A stretch of DNA of 63,964 nucleotides, counting the filler, from Reclinomonas americana ATCC 50394 (taxonomy: Eukaryota): the NCBI GenBank assembly GCA_048213135.1. It is 9 parts of 9 records of this genome, joined end to end, with 100 filler letters (N's around TTAATTAATTAA, not from the genome) between each part and the next. Parts side by side here need not be neighbours in the genome. Positions count along the whole stretch, not along the records: positions 1 to 12,372 come from AFZH01020276.1; positions 12,473 to 17,399 come from AFZH01020277.1; 7 more parts are not named here. One strand, 5' to 3'. The notes beneath the pieces are model-generated. The model saw only the letters and a program-made list of their open reading frames with translations. It made no database searches and had not been told where the DNA came from. The translations under genes were made by a program, and so were the position numbers. This document shows, piece by piece, positions 1 through 15,797 of this stretch (the first letter of the stretch is position 1; each line of letters opens with the position of its first letter).

Positions 1-3000
1 ACGGGATCGCTCACCGCAATCTCTGTTGCACTCAACTCGCTGGCCATCTGCGCCATCCAGAGTGATCCATGTGTTGTCGCGTGTGTCGAGCGCAAAGGTA
101 CACTGGCCGACCACCAAGCGCAACGAGTACTCGTCGCCGAGGATGGTCGAAAAGACACTGTCCAACTGTGCCATGAGCTCCGCCTTTTCCGTATCGCACT
201 CTGCACACGCGTACAAGTGAGAACAACGCCACTCTCTGCTTGAGGCAACCAACCGCAAGCCACTACGTAACTTGCAATTTTCTGCTGCACATTATCGAGT
301 TCACAGTCCACCAGCTGGGCAGTCACTTGCAGATCAGCGTTGCCTTGGAAGCCACCGCTCTCGCAATACTGCTTCACTCCCTCCAAGAAGACTTGACGCT
401 GGAGCAGCTTGCTTGATGGCGGCACACCAGCATGAATTCTCTGCATCTCGAAGTGAGGCAAAAAGTTTCAATATATAGGGCCGCTGCTTCAGCTTTTTTC
501 ACACACCTCACATGCCATCGGCAAACGCAACACCCTTGTCTTGCGATCCTCGCACGCTTGTATCCTACTGTAGATGGAGGCGGCCTCCAGGAAGCATGCC
601 TCCACGTCGCCCACAGCGTCGGCCGTGTAGCGGCGCATGTGAAGCAGCTGCTCAAACGCAAACTCGCGGATGGCTTCACCCTTGCCACACTGCCGATCGA
701 TCATCAGTCAGTCAGTCAGTCAGGCAACTCAGGTCCCCTTCGTGAAACATACATTCCGACACTGCGACTCACATGCAACGAGACCACCAGCATCGGCGGC
801 AGTCTCGTGATGGCGCGCGAGCCGATCGGCATCGGCGACGGCGAGCCCGTGTGATCCACGGTCAACGGCAACAACTGGCGATCGAGCGCAGCCTGCACGC
901 AGGCACAGTTCTTCACGTCGACGCCCAACTGTGCAAGAGTCTGTGCCAGGCAATCCAGCATTGGTCACAGTCAGCGCGTGACAAAGACCAGCACGGCCTG
1001 TTTTTCACTCACCGTGGACTCGTCGGTGCCGAGCCGGGTGGACCGAATGGTGACAGTACTGGATACACAAATATCTGTGAGCAATCGAACCAAGCAGACA
1101 TGGACACAAGCATATGGCGCGTACTCTTCCACTGCCGCCGCCACCGGCACGCTGCTGCATTGTTGCAGAGTGTGCAACACAACCTCGTACAATCGCTCCC
1201 ACACAAGCGCCACGTCTGTCAGGCAAGTGCAGAACGTGAGAGACCACGTGGGGAACTGCAAAACGAGTCACAAAGAGACTACAAACCAGATTGCCGCTCT
1301 GCTGCGATCCGGCTCACGGTGATGAAGCTGTCGAACAGCGCCTCGCTTGTAAGCTCCACGGCCTCGCCGGTGCACATCAGATTGGCAAACAGATTCTGCA
1401 CGAGAAGCACAACTGCAACACCCCCAGCTCAGCACAGCGACAGTGTTCACCGCACAACACAACCACGCACACTCAATGCGCTGGAAATCGCGAAGCACGG
1501 CGTTGCTGTCGGCACGCTCGTCGACAGCCTTCACGGAATCTGCAGATGCCACAAAGACGCAGTGAGTAATGCGCGCAGGAGTCAGTGCATGGACACATCG
1601 CAGTCGCCGCACCACGAATGTGCAGCGGGGTCGATGTCACCGGACGTGCCGGCACAAAAGCAAAAATGGCACGTCGCATCGGCAGAATCCAGAATGCCAT
1701 CAACAAGCACGCATTCAGTGCCGCGTGTCCTCTCTTGGTCGGTTGCGACACGAGATGATGCAGAGTGGAGGGATAGTATTGCTGGGTGGCGTCGGAGTCC
1801 AGAGAGAAATTCTCCAGTACGCTCGCTGGGCAACAGATGCAACTAGTAAGTTAGGAGTTGATACCAAAGTGCTCGGTTTTTCTCACACCATCCACACAGC
1901 GCATCAACTCCTCGGATCCACGGGCCTCCGCAATGACCGACAGACAGATCAACAGGCGTTCGGCCTGATCCGGGAAGAGCGACAGTCTGTTTTTACCCAG
2001 GATTGCAACAGGCGTGGGAAGCGAGTCACAGAGGACCACATGCACAAAAGTGTCTCTGCGCTTCATACCGATTACGTGCAGCCAGCAGCACCGCAGTGTC
2101 GCTGCTGGACGACAGCGCACCGAGGATAGTGAAAGCAGTTTCCACTTCCGGCACATCGTCCACCTCTGCAATTCACATGCATGCATTCAGCACCGTGACA
2201 CGGGTAGTAGATGGACACGACACAACAAAGAACCTTCCACCATGGCGGCAACATCAGCACTCAAACCGAGCATGCGTCTGAGGTACGAGACGAGCCGTTC
2301 GGGGCGCGTCGGTGATCTAGAACCTGAGGGCGAGACTGTGCCGGACTGGAAGCGGAGCGGCTCAGCACATCCGCGATCCACATCTGTACACCCGGCGTCG
2401 GGCATAGGCAACACGATTATTGAGCCCCGTGAGCGCCTTATTTTTTTCTCGTTTCCACATAACACGCACCTCGCTGACGCAAAACTCCAGTGATGAGTGG
2501 CATGACCGGGTCCCACTTGCTCTCGCCACTCAAACATCCGCTCGGAGTTCCGACATCCTTGCTGTCGAGGTGCGCCAAAAGAGAGTCGACAAACTCGAAC
2601 AGATCGGGAGAAAGACTCTGGCGGAACACGTGGCTGCACTTGTGCACAACTGCGTGCACCTCGTCAAGAATGCGACAGACGATGCTCGTGGGACGGACGA
2701 CTTCTTCCGGCTTGCCATCCGACGTCTCCTTCGGCAGGTAATACGCCATACCCACACCCGGCCGTTCCACTCGACGGAAGCCAGTCAACTGCGAGAATAC
2801 AGCTCGTGAGTGTCCACTTTCCACATTCGTGACTCGCATGCAACCGCGCACCTCGAGTGCCTTGGCCAGACGCGGCAGCGACCGAATGTCTGGTGACGAC
2901 AAAGGAACCCATCGCAATCTACATTCGACACGCAAACAAGCGCATGAGACACACAGCACCAGGCGAGTGAGCTGTAGAGGTGATGACGAAACTCGTCGGC

Positions 3001-3848
3001 GTCAGGGTTCTCCACGATGGCGGTGAGAATTTGATGCATGGCTCTGGACAGTCGCACCAGCATCTGCATGCACTCGTGTGAGAAGACGTGTGGCGGTGGG
3101 AGTCGCGTTGCAGCGCACACAACATCATACTGCATGTCCTCAAACAGCGGCACAAGAATGTGCGAGATCAGCAAGGCGGCCTTGGTCTGTGCGTGGATCT
3201 CGACATGCGAGTTGTCGCAGCGGAAAATCTTGCGTCGCTCCGACGACGCGCTCAGCACTCGCCACGAATGCCCCTGCACTCCGCACTCTGCACGGTGAGA
3301 AGCTGCAAAGAAGAAGAAGAAGAAGAAGAACCACAAGCAACATCACGCACCGTGTTCGCCTTGAGTTCCACCACCTCGTCGTGCGGCACTCGCACCTCCA
3401 CGGTCAAATTCTCGAAATACTTGGTACTCACAAACACATGCAAGGTGGTGGTGTACTTGCGCGAGTACGGCACAGGCGACTCGGGCAAATAGTCGACCAT
3501 GATGGTCTGCACGGTATACAGTGAGTCGATGCATCGTCTAGTCTATTTGCGACACTTGGTGTGCCTCACCTCCACAGACGAGTACCCATCCACAGGGCTC
3601 ACACGCACATACAGCAAGTCGTTGGCACAATGGAACGCCGTTCCCTGACAACACAAAGTTGTGTGTAAGCGCACGCGCACGCACACGAGCGAGAAGAGAG
3701 CAGGCAAGCACCAGTGTATGATAGAGACCAGAGGGCGTGTAGTGTCCACTGCGACTGGACGATGCAGCTGGGAGGCACGAGAGACGAGGATGAGTTGTTG
3801 CGCGTGACAAATATAGCTGCACAGGCATTCAAGAGTGATACCTCCCAG

Positions 3849-3879
<31 letters not shown>

Positions 3880-4077
3880 AGCAAGGCTTGCAGGTCTGAC
3901 AACCGGATTGTCATCGAGAGGGGACAGCAACAACACAACACGCGCGTACAAAGAAAATGCGACAAGACTTGTCTGCTTGTCCGTCGCATTCGCGATCGAT
4001 GGAATCACGTCCTCCACATCACACACAAGCGTGAGTGCGTCGTCAAGCTCACACGCTCTGCCGTCTGCGATCTGCAT
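1..4077 (-). CDS. Large multi-exon hypothetical protein; 3' end not resolved and probably outside the window
   Basis: Chain of minus-strand ORF segments (MQIADGRACELDD..., TIMVDYLPESPVPYSRKY..., HAQTKAALLISHILVPLF...) joined by GT-AG introns. No family recognised. Confidence 0.55.
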
Positions 4078-4109
4078 TTCCCACTCCCTCTTCCCTTCTC
4101 TTCAGAGAC

Positions 4110-4669
4110 ATGTTCTTGCTTGGACGAGTGCGCTCCACAGCAGGATCCCTGTTGTCGCATCTGCGACGCCGCACCTTGGCTGCAGAAGCCGCCACGGTTT
4201 GTCTGTCAACAGCAAGTCGACGATATGTGTGTGTGAAGAGAGAAAGAGACTGAGATGCGGCGCGTGTGTGGCGAGGGAGAGCGAGAGGGAGAGAGAGAGA
4301 GACAAGTGGCCATGTGCGCGCAATGTGCTGACCGCACCTCTCTGCTGCAGCCGGCACCCAAGCCAGCGCCTGCTCCTGCTGCGCCTGCTGCTCCATCGTC
4401 TTCTTCTTCTTCATCATCATCATCATCTTCGTCATCGTCCAAGCCACTGCTGCGACCACTGCGTACGTGGTTGCTGGGAGCAGTGGTCGGTGGCTCGCTG
4501 GCGGCGGTGGCCTACAACCGCGAGCAGTCGCTGCTGTATCGCGAATGGTGTGTGCATCTCTGTGTGTGGAGTCGCGAGCCGACTCGCATTCGTGAGCTGA
4601 TGATGATGCATTGCAGGTACAAGGTGGCGGAACAGCTGGTGCCGACACTCGCGACCGTAGAGCCCGTCA

Positions 4670-4711
<42 letters not shown>

Positions 4712-4907
4712 ACACAAGGACGTGCTGATGTGGCTGGCGATTCACACCCTCGCGCCACAGAGAATAGACTGGGAGGATCCCGTGTTCAGCGAGCGCTTTA
4801 ATGACTTCTTGCGTGAGGCGTGGAACTACCCGTGGCTGCAGGTGCACGAGTGGGTGGTACAGCGGCAAGAGAGCCGCAAGGCCGGCTCCGAGCAGCAGCA
4901 ACAGTGA
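4110..4907 (+). CDS. Small, probably mitochondrial single-pass membrane protein (4 exons)
   Basis: N-terminus MFLLGRVRSTAGSLLSHLRRRTLAAEA is Arg/Ser/Leu-rich like a transit peptide. One hydrophobic segment (WLLGAVVGGSLAAVAY). GT-AG introns keep the frame to TGA at 4907. Confidence 0.55.
4672..4709 (+). repeat. (GT)n microsatellite making up most of a 47-nt intron (4672-4718)
   Basis: Direct reading; AAG|GTGTGT...CACACAAG|GAC keeps the frame. Confidence 0.85.
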
Positions 4908-5025
4908 GCTGTTGTTGTTGGTGGTGGCTTCGTGGGCGTTTTGCGCTGCAAAGCATGCGGCAGCAGGGATTGAAACGCTAACAACAATTTGCATTGCTTT
5001 AATGAGGGACGTTCTTCTCTCTGTC

Positions 5026-8000
5026 TCACGAGTCGAGCATGCCGACGTAGAAGGGCTCTTTGGCGCTGTTGGCCAGTCGGCGGATGTGGGTGCCGGCGAG
5101 CTCTTGGTTGAGGAAGCGGAGCATGTGGGAGTACTCGCGGTCGGTGGTCGGCGGCACCGAGCGCACGTACCACTCGAGCGCCTGGATCATGCGCACGCCT
5201 TCTTCCGTGCGATCACTCTGCGATTTGACATCCACGCGCGAGTTGTACAGCAACTGGTACAGGATGCCTGCGTGCACAGCGAGAGAGAAAGAGAGAGAGA
5301 ATGAGTTGTCAGTAGCGATACGTTTTTGCCGTCGCGTAGCGCGCGTACCGAGATTCTTCATCAGCGGCGGCACGTTGTCCCTTTCGCCGTACCGTGCAAT
5401 CGGCAGCATCTCCAGTACTCGTTGGGCGGCATCTTCCAGGAAGTTCATGTACCGAACGGGATCGGCTGAGGAGCAAGCACGTCAGTAGTCGTCTCCCAAT
5501 CCGCGTTGGTTGTGTGGCTCCAGCACTCACCAGCATACATCTCCTGCGCCCGAGTGATCCAGTAGGCCACGCGATTGACCGTGGCCGTGATGTACGTGGT
5601 CACCATCACAAACTCCCACATGTCGCGCCCGTACAGACGCAAGTCCGGCAGCCAGCGATACTCGCTGATGGGTCTCACCGCCGGCCACGTCTGGTCCAGC
5701 CACTCGAACACTGGAATGCGCGACACGTGGCCCTTCGCCACCGCCTGCTTCGACAGGCCAAAGTCGACCACATCGTAGTGCATCTCCACCTCCAGCTTGT
5801 CTGCCGGTCGCACGGTGGTGGCAAAGAAGATCTTGTGGCCCTTCTTGATGTTGGCGTCGACAAATCCAATCAGCGACGTCCGGCTCCACTGCGGATCGTT
5901 GTTGTAGCGCTTGCCCGAGGACTCCAGCGGCCACAGGACATCGGGCATGTGCGACTTGCGCAGCGCCGTGTACCACTTGTACGACATGAGCTCCTGGTCC
6001 ACTACATGCACATCGGTGCGATACTGTTCCGAGTATTGTACGTAGCGCACACTGTTGCTGACAATGTCGCCAGTTGTCATGAGAATGGCGTTGGGTGGCA
6101 GTGGTCGCAACACCTCCTCCGCCAGTCGACTGAGGATATCGTTCTCGCTCTGGTCCGCCAACGGGTACGTCTGCACCAGCAACAACACGGCGGCCAGCAC
6201 AAATACCAAGCGCCATCCCCACGTCCACTGGCGGCTCCACGGTCCGAGCATCACCAACGACGAGGGGGCGTTGACGAGCGCATGCATACCCACCGCCACC
6301 AGCGCGCACAGCAGCACATTTGGCTGCATCCAGAAGCGAGCACTGACTCCGAAGTCTGTGGACGCACGAGAAAAAAACAGCCAAAGAGTCAGCGACCGCA
6401 CACACAGTTCGCAGAAGTAGGGAGAGAGAATGAGACACGCAACAGATCTCCTTGCTCAAGTCGAGATTGGCGCGACTGTGGAAGAACACGAGGTAGCCGA
6501 TGAGTGAGCTGAAAAATGGCGTCGCCACGCGCGTCAGGAACGAGCGGTACGCCGCCGTTGGCGTGACAAGGGAGGCGGTCGATGCGTCGGCTGCCGAGGT
6601 CGCCGCCGCCGCCGCCTTATTCGAGTTGACAGCGATTGGCGGATCGTGCTTCTTCGACGAGTCGCGGAGCCACGGTAGTAGTCGGCGACTCAACAGCTGT
6701 GTGCGCCGGATGAGAATGCAAGAAACAAGTGGACTGCTGCATGCGCGAGCATGTATGCACTCCACCTTCGGCCACACGTACGGCACCGACAACAGCAGCA
6801 GTGGCAGGCCCAGGTGGTAGGTGTACAGACTGACGTGCGTCGCGTAGTGCATGAGTCCGCCCAGCAGGTCAGGTTCGTCGTCACTGGCTGCGAGCCGAAA
6901 CGTGCCGTACTCGGAGCGCAGCAAGTGTCGCAGGAAACCCTCGATCGTTCGCTGGTCGCCTGTGTTGTATGTGCGATGCGTCAGAAGGCAAGGAGATCGT
7001 CACGCACAGCACGAGTCTCCGTACCCCACGTGTGAGCCGGCCCCATCATGGTGGCAATCGGCATTTGCGCGTACGGCAGCAAGCCAAGGAAGAAGAGGAG
7101 GAGCCAGTCGAGAACTCGCAGAAGAGTAAAGTGTGAACGCAGGCTCCACAACACCCACAGAATGATCGGTATCTCGAAGAGGATGATGGTGTGCTGGTTG
7201 CACAGAAAGAAGCCGCAGGCGAATGCACCCCATCGAGACAGAGACAGCGCACGGCTTTGATCGCCCTCCTCCAACGCCCGTGCAAACGAGGCACACAGCA
7301 GCAGCAACAAGGCCGTGAAGAGATTGTTGAGCGAGAACACCTCCGAGGTCACCGCATGAAGCCACGTCAACTGGCTACACAGGAGGGAACGCATAGACAC
7401 TCTCGTCAGCAAGCGAATGGGCGCACGAAGAGAAGGCGGGAGGGAAAACCGCGCTCAACTTGAACGTGTAGAATCCCGCGGCCGCAGCCGACACCATCAC
7501 ATCATGCTGCGTCAGCTGCAAGCACAACACAAACAGGCACACACTGGCTGCAGTGGCCACAAGCGCATTGACAAAGTTGGCGCGCTACAAACCCCGTCGT
7601 CGTTGTCAGCATCGCAGGGAAATCACCCGACAAGACAGAGACAACAGGCATACCCACGCCGCAGTTGGCCCAAACGGAATCCAATCCAGCGCCGCCTTGG
7701 TGATCATGCAGTACAGCGGGTAACCCGGAGGATGCGCCACACCACCCGAATGCGCTGCCACAAACGCAAGCATATCAATGCATGCATGCATTCTCTCATC
7801 ACTCTCTCTCTCCGTCACTCACCAGCCGCAATCAACTCTCCACTATCGCCTCCCGCCAAGCCCAGCTGCAACGTGCACATGTACACCACGCCCACCACCA
7901 CCATCCACATCACCGCCAGCAGCAGCGTGCGACGCGACACGCAGGCGCCTGCCGCCGACAAGGCCGCGCCCACTGGCATGCATGCCTCGCGATCGACAAG

Positions 8001-8108
8001 AGCACCAGCCGCCGATGCACGAGACGCCGTCGGAGCTGCAACTCCGGCGGAGACAGTCGCAGAGGGTGGCGGCGATGCCGAGACTGCTGTGCGCTGCCCT
8101 CGTCGCAT
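5026..8108 (-). CDS. TMEM260: TMEM260/DUF2723-family protein O-mannosyltransferase, paralogue 1
   Basis: Family motifs GGDSGEL, GGVAHPPGYPLY, EVFSLNNLF, NQHT, LLRSEYGTFRL, RFWMQPN; many transmembrane segments; about 9 exons. Confidence 0.9.
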
Positions 8109-8213
8109 TTATGGTGAGTGGGACAGCGAGACGGAGTTGTCCTCCTTCGCGTTTTTCCTTTCTCTCTTATCTCTTCGTCCGTCGTGGCAGTCTGGCATAT
8201 AGAGCGCGTCGTG

Positions 8214-9345
8214 ATGCGGTACTTGGTGTGCAGTGATGGTGTGTCTTGCTGCGTGTCTGTGTGTGTGTGTGTGGAACCGCGCTAATGTTTCCTTTTCATC
8301 GAATATAGGTTCAAAGTTCGCCAAGCGCGGTGAGTGTGTCTCTTTCTCTCTCACACACACGCGCATTGTGAGCGTGTGTTTGTGTGCGTCTTGTGAGAGG
8401 AGAGCGTGAGAGAGGAAAGGGGGTGGAAAAAAGATGCGTCGCTCACAAAAAGATTCCGAACACCGCAGCGGTGGAGAAGGTTGCCACATTGGTCGCCCCC
8501 GGTGCGTCTCTCCTTTTGTGCGTGTGTGTGCTCTATGGAGTGTGTATCTGACTTGTGTGTTTATACAGGTGACGAGGTGGTGCTGGTCGCGGTGATTGAT
8601 CAGGTGCGTGTGCTCATTGAGTGATTGCTTGGCGGATCGTTGCTCACATGATTGTTTGCAGGCCATCATGCCACCAGCGGTACGCGTGAATGAGAAAAGA
8701 AAGAAAGAGCAATCTTGTGTGTGTGCTTAACAGCATGGTTTGCAGGTCGGACCTGCGGCTGTCATGCTGGTCGATGCGATCGCACCGCCACCAACGTCGG
8801 AGGAGCTCACCGCCGCGGCTGGTTGGTTGTCGGAGGAGGCGCTGCTGTTGGACGGCTTGCTTCCGCACGACGAGGCCGGGGCGCCGACGGTGTCGATTGT
8901 GGAGCGCGTGCAGGCAGGAGACGTGCGCGAAATCATTCCGCACCTGGCTGCTGTTGCGTTGTCGTCGTCGATGGTTGCTGGTCTCGCCCTGCGTTCACAA
9001 CTCACTGACACGTGGCTGGCTGCGCAGGAGCTCAAAAGCGATGTGATTGTGGTGGGATCGCGCGGTCACGGCAAGTTCCGTGTCGATCCGCCCTCGTCTC
9101 TTGTTCTCGAGTGTGTCATGCTTATCGTTTGTCACAGGGTCAAGCGACTTCTTCTCGGCAGTGTGGCCGACTACCTCTTGCACCACTCAGTTGCGCAGCA
9201 CTTGTGTAGTGCTCTTTTCTCCCTTTTCGCCTCTCACGTGTCTCCACACCAGCCGTGCTCGGTGCTGGTGGTGCGACCTGGCGATCCGAGTGTGGCCGCC
9301 GTCGAGCGGCAGCTGGCCAGCTCGAGCGGAATGGGACCGGTATGA
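8214..9345 (+). CDS. Universal stress protein (UspA domain), 9 short exons
   Basis: Spliced product MRYLVCSDGSKFAKRAVE...GDVREIIPHLAAELKSDVIVVGSRGHGKVKRLLLGSVADYLLHHSPCSVLVVRP contains the UspA G-x2-G-x9-GS motif. Confidence 0.88.
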
Positions 9346-9424
9346 GGTGCCAGCGTAGTCACAGTGTAGATGGTTGTCGAGCGCAGAGTGAAACACAGCT
9401 GCTGCGGTCGTGATATTATTATTT

Positions 9425-12193
9425 TCATTCGATGAGGGGCAGTCCGCGGTGCTGCCGCTCTAATACGGTTTGCATGGCGGCCAGCACATCTCCGGCACCG
9501 TACTCCTTCTCCCACCTTTCGAGTCGCCGCACGTGTGCCGCCGGCTTCTTCTTCGCCGTGTGGGAGGCGACAAATTGTTGCACATCGGCGCCTGTCAGCG
9601 TCTCCGTTCCCGGCTGACCGAGCAGCGCAAGGTACGCGCGGTAGGCCAGCAGCATGTGCGCGCCGTCTTCGATGTGCTCCTCGTCGCTGCGTTCCTCCTC
9701 CAGTGCCCACAGATTCTGGTACGCCAATGCGAGCTGCACAGCATGTGATGAGTGAGAAGGGGAGGAAGTGGCGAGGCAGGTTGGGCGGCACGCACATTCT
9801 TGTAAATGGTGCTGCGGTGGTAGGCCGTGCCGTGGCGGAAAATGTGCGCCAATCCACGCAGGCGCGTCAGGACCATGTTGCCCACCAGCACCTTGTCGCG
9901 CGGCGACACCAATTGTGGCAGCAGTGTCAGCAGCTTGCTGGCAAAGTTGTAGTCCTTGGTGGCGTACGAGTCGGCCATCTCATACTCAAACGTCTCCGGT
10001 CCGTAGCGCTGAATGTTGGGCCACGCACTGGACACTTGTAGGCACGGCAATAGGCGCTGAAAGGAGGAGCAGGTGTGTCAGTGTCTAAAACTCGCCGACC
10101 TTGTCAGCAATACACACCTCGTTGGCCAGCGGCAACCACTCGCCAAGCTCCAGGTCCTTCTCGCCGGCTGTCAGCACGCGTTCGGCCACACCGTACGCAC
10201 CAAAGGGTGTGGCCAGGTGAAGTCCTTTGGAGGTGAAATCCCTCTCTTGCAGGTTCAGTTGGGGCAACAGGAAAACGCCGTCGGTGAACAAGTGCGGGTT
10301 GTCGTCGAGGAACGAGCGCACGGTACGCCCTTCGTCGTTGCGAATCACATTGACGCCCGGCACAGCGGCCGGCATGGTCACGTCGGGCATGTACGGTGCG
10401 AGTGACTTGCTGTACCATTCGTACGTGAGCAGCGACTGATCAATGAGGCGCACATCCGGTCGCACGCCCTCGGAGAATTGGACATCTGTGTCCTTGCGCG
10501 GTGAGATCAATGATGCAAGGCATGATGTGCGACAGCCACCCGCAACATCGCACAGCATTGGTCCACTGATCGCCAAACAAGAACACCGTGGCTTTCGGCG
10601 GCAACGACTCCAGTGCCTGTCGCGACACGTCGCGCAAGAACGTGTTGCGCGACTCGTTGCAGTGCTGCGAGTTGTGCGCCACCAGCGCGACAAGGGCCAC
10701 CACACACGCCACACGCACGGCAATGCGCATCGGCGACGGCAGAGCACACCGTCGACTCCTTCGCAGCTGCGTTTGCGATCCCACATCGTGAGCCGCACCG
10801 TGTTTGCCACTGGTAGGTGGTGGCTGAGGAGCGAGAGCGGATGCAGTGAAGTGTCCAGTCAGTTCATGCAGTCCGACCGCGGCCAGCGCACACACGATCA
10901 TGTTTGGCTGCATGGAGAAACGATCGGCAATCGCTGGTATACCAGAAACAGGAACGATCAGTGTCGCTCTCACTCTCTCCTACTCTCAAACCACAAGTGC
11001 ATACGCACCACGAAAGAGCGGCTCGTGGACGCGCAAGTTGGCAAGAGAATGGAATGCCAGCAGGTAGAAGCCGAGCGACGCCAACAGCGGAGTCACCGAC
11101 GGACAGCGCGAGCGCAGCAGACGGAAGCCACCGTAGATGGCCAGCAGCAGCGAAACGCCAAACGTCGACACCGTCACATCGTGCACGTAGCGGAACACGC
11201 CTGTGCACGCAACGCAAGGGTGTAAGGAAGATAACAGATGATGGCAGAGATGGAGGGGGAGGCGTACCACCAATGAGATCGGCGCCACCACCAATCTGCT
11301 CACTGCCGAGCGCAAATGTGCCGTACTCGCGTCGCAGCAGGTGTGTCAGGAAGCCGCTGACGGTCGTGAAATCGCCCCACGTGTGCATCGGCTGGCTGTG
11401 CGCGGTCCACGGCAGGTACGCGTACGGCAGCAGCCCAAGCACGAACAAGGCTGCGAGTTGCACCAACAGCAGCTGCCGCAGCTGCCGTCGCAGCGTCCAC
11501 AGCACCCACACGGCAATCGGAATCACGAAAAACACCAGCGTGTGCTGATTGGCGAGCCCGAGACCACACAGCAAGGCGCCGAGTCGCGCCCGATTCACCG
11601 TCGGCTGCCGAGCAAACGACACTCCCACCAGAAAGATCGCCGCGACAAACACATTGTTCAACGGGAACACCTCCAACGACGTGGCCTGCCGCCACGTGAG
11701 CCGATCAAACGCAAAGAAGCCGGCACCGACCACCGACGCCACCGCATCGCCGTCGGTGAGTCGCCAACACAACAGCAGCAGCAGCGTGGCAGCCGCAGCA
11801 GCCAGCAGCGCCGACATGAAATTGAGCAGATAGGCCGCATTACCGCCAGCGCCGCCACCGCCAAGGCACCACAACCACACACGACCCATGATCACCAGGA
11901 GCGGATAGCCGGGCGGATGCGCGACACCGCCTGCATCAATCGTCACCGCCAATTCACCACTGTCGCCTACACACGCACAATGGATGATCAGCGGTGCTTC
12001 ATTCACCTCTCTCCTCTTCTCTCTCCTCACCTGGGCCGACACTCGGATACACATGCGTCACATACACCACCGCGCAGACAACTCCAAATGTCACTGCAAT
12101 CACCCACTGAGTGAGCGCGCTGCTCTTCTCCCCGCTCTCCGCAGGCGCCTGCGAGGAGGACGGCGCAGCAGCCACGGCGGCTGGTCGGCGCAT
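9425..12193 (-). CDS. TMEM260: TMEM260/DUF2723-family protein O-mannosyltransferase, paralogue 2
   Basis: Motifs PGDSGEL, GGVAHPPGYPL, EVFPLNN, NQHT, LLRREYGTFAL, RFSMQPN, IDQSLLTYEWY; multiple transmembrane helices. Confidence 0.9.
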
Positions 12194-12210
12194 CGCACTT
12201 GAACACAAAA

Positions 12211-12220
12211 GTGACGTCAC
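12211..12220. promoter_or_regulatory. Palindromic CRE/ATF-like site GTGACGTCAC in the 62-nt divergent intergenic region
   Basis: Perfect 10-bp palindrome between ATG 12193(-) and ATG 12256(+). Function is inferred only. Confidence 0.35.
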
Positions 12221-12255
12221 CGCGTGCATTTTGTCCACTATCACTTCACACAAAA

Positions 12256-15285
<3,030 letters not shown>

Positions 15286-15797
15286 CATTCGAGAGCGCGT
15301 GGACACCAATGCTGCTCCGTCTTGACGTGGACGTGGTGCCCATTTGCGTGCGAGCATGTGTATGTTTACCAAAAGAAAGGAGTGAGTGCGAGAGAGAAAA
15401 AATGAAACACAACTGCGGAGGAGATGAGATGGTGATAATGTGAGCGACAACACCTCTTACACTTTAACAATCGATTGATGGATACCACAAGCACACCACA
15501 CGGGGGAAGGCCGACAGGGAGAGTAGGCTACACCGAAACCGGAGAGAGAAGGAGAAAAGCAAGACAAAAAAAGAATAGCACTACCCGCACCATCAGCACC
15601 ACCACCACGGTGACCACCACCTTATGAGAAGCAAAACACATATACACGTCGGTAGGAAAAACACAACACGGTCCAGATATATAAGGGGAAAAGACAAGAA
15701 GAGATTTGTGAACTACAAGAAACGACAAAGGACACAGGTTGCTGATGTATGAAGCACCGACGGATTCGCAGCGACGACTGCCCCTCAAGACCACGCC

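Noticed and set aside
773..1846. Long antisense ORFs (773-1846, 5394-6503, 22638-23603, 27872-29062)
   Set aside because: Shadow frames opposite real genes in GC-rich DNA, with no recognisable motifs.
3500..3570. In-frame stops suggesting an alternative genetic code or readthrough
   Set aside because: They fall in GT-AG introns. TAA, TAG and TGA all end conserved genes here (SDR, kinase, RJL).
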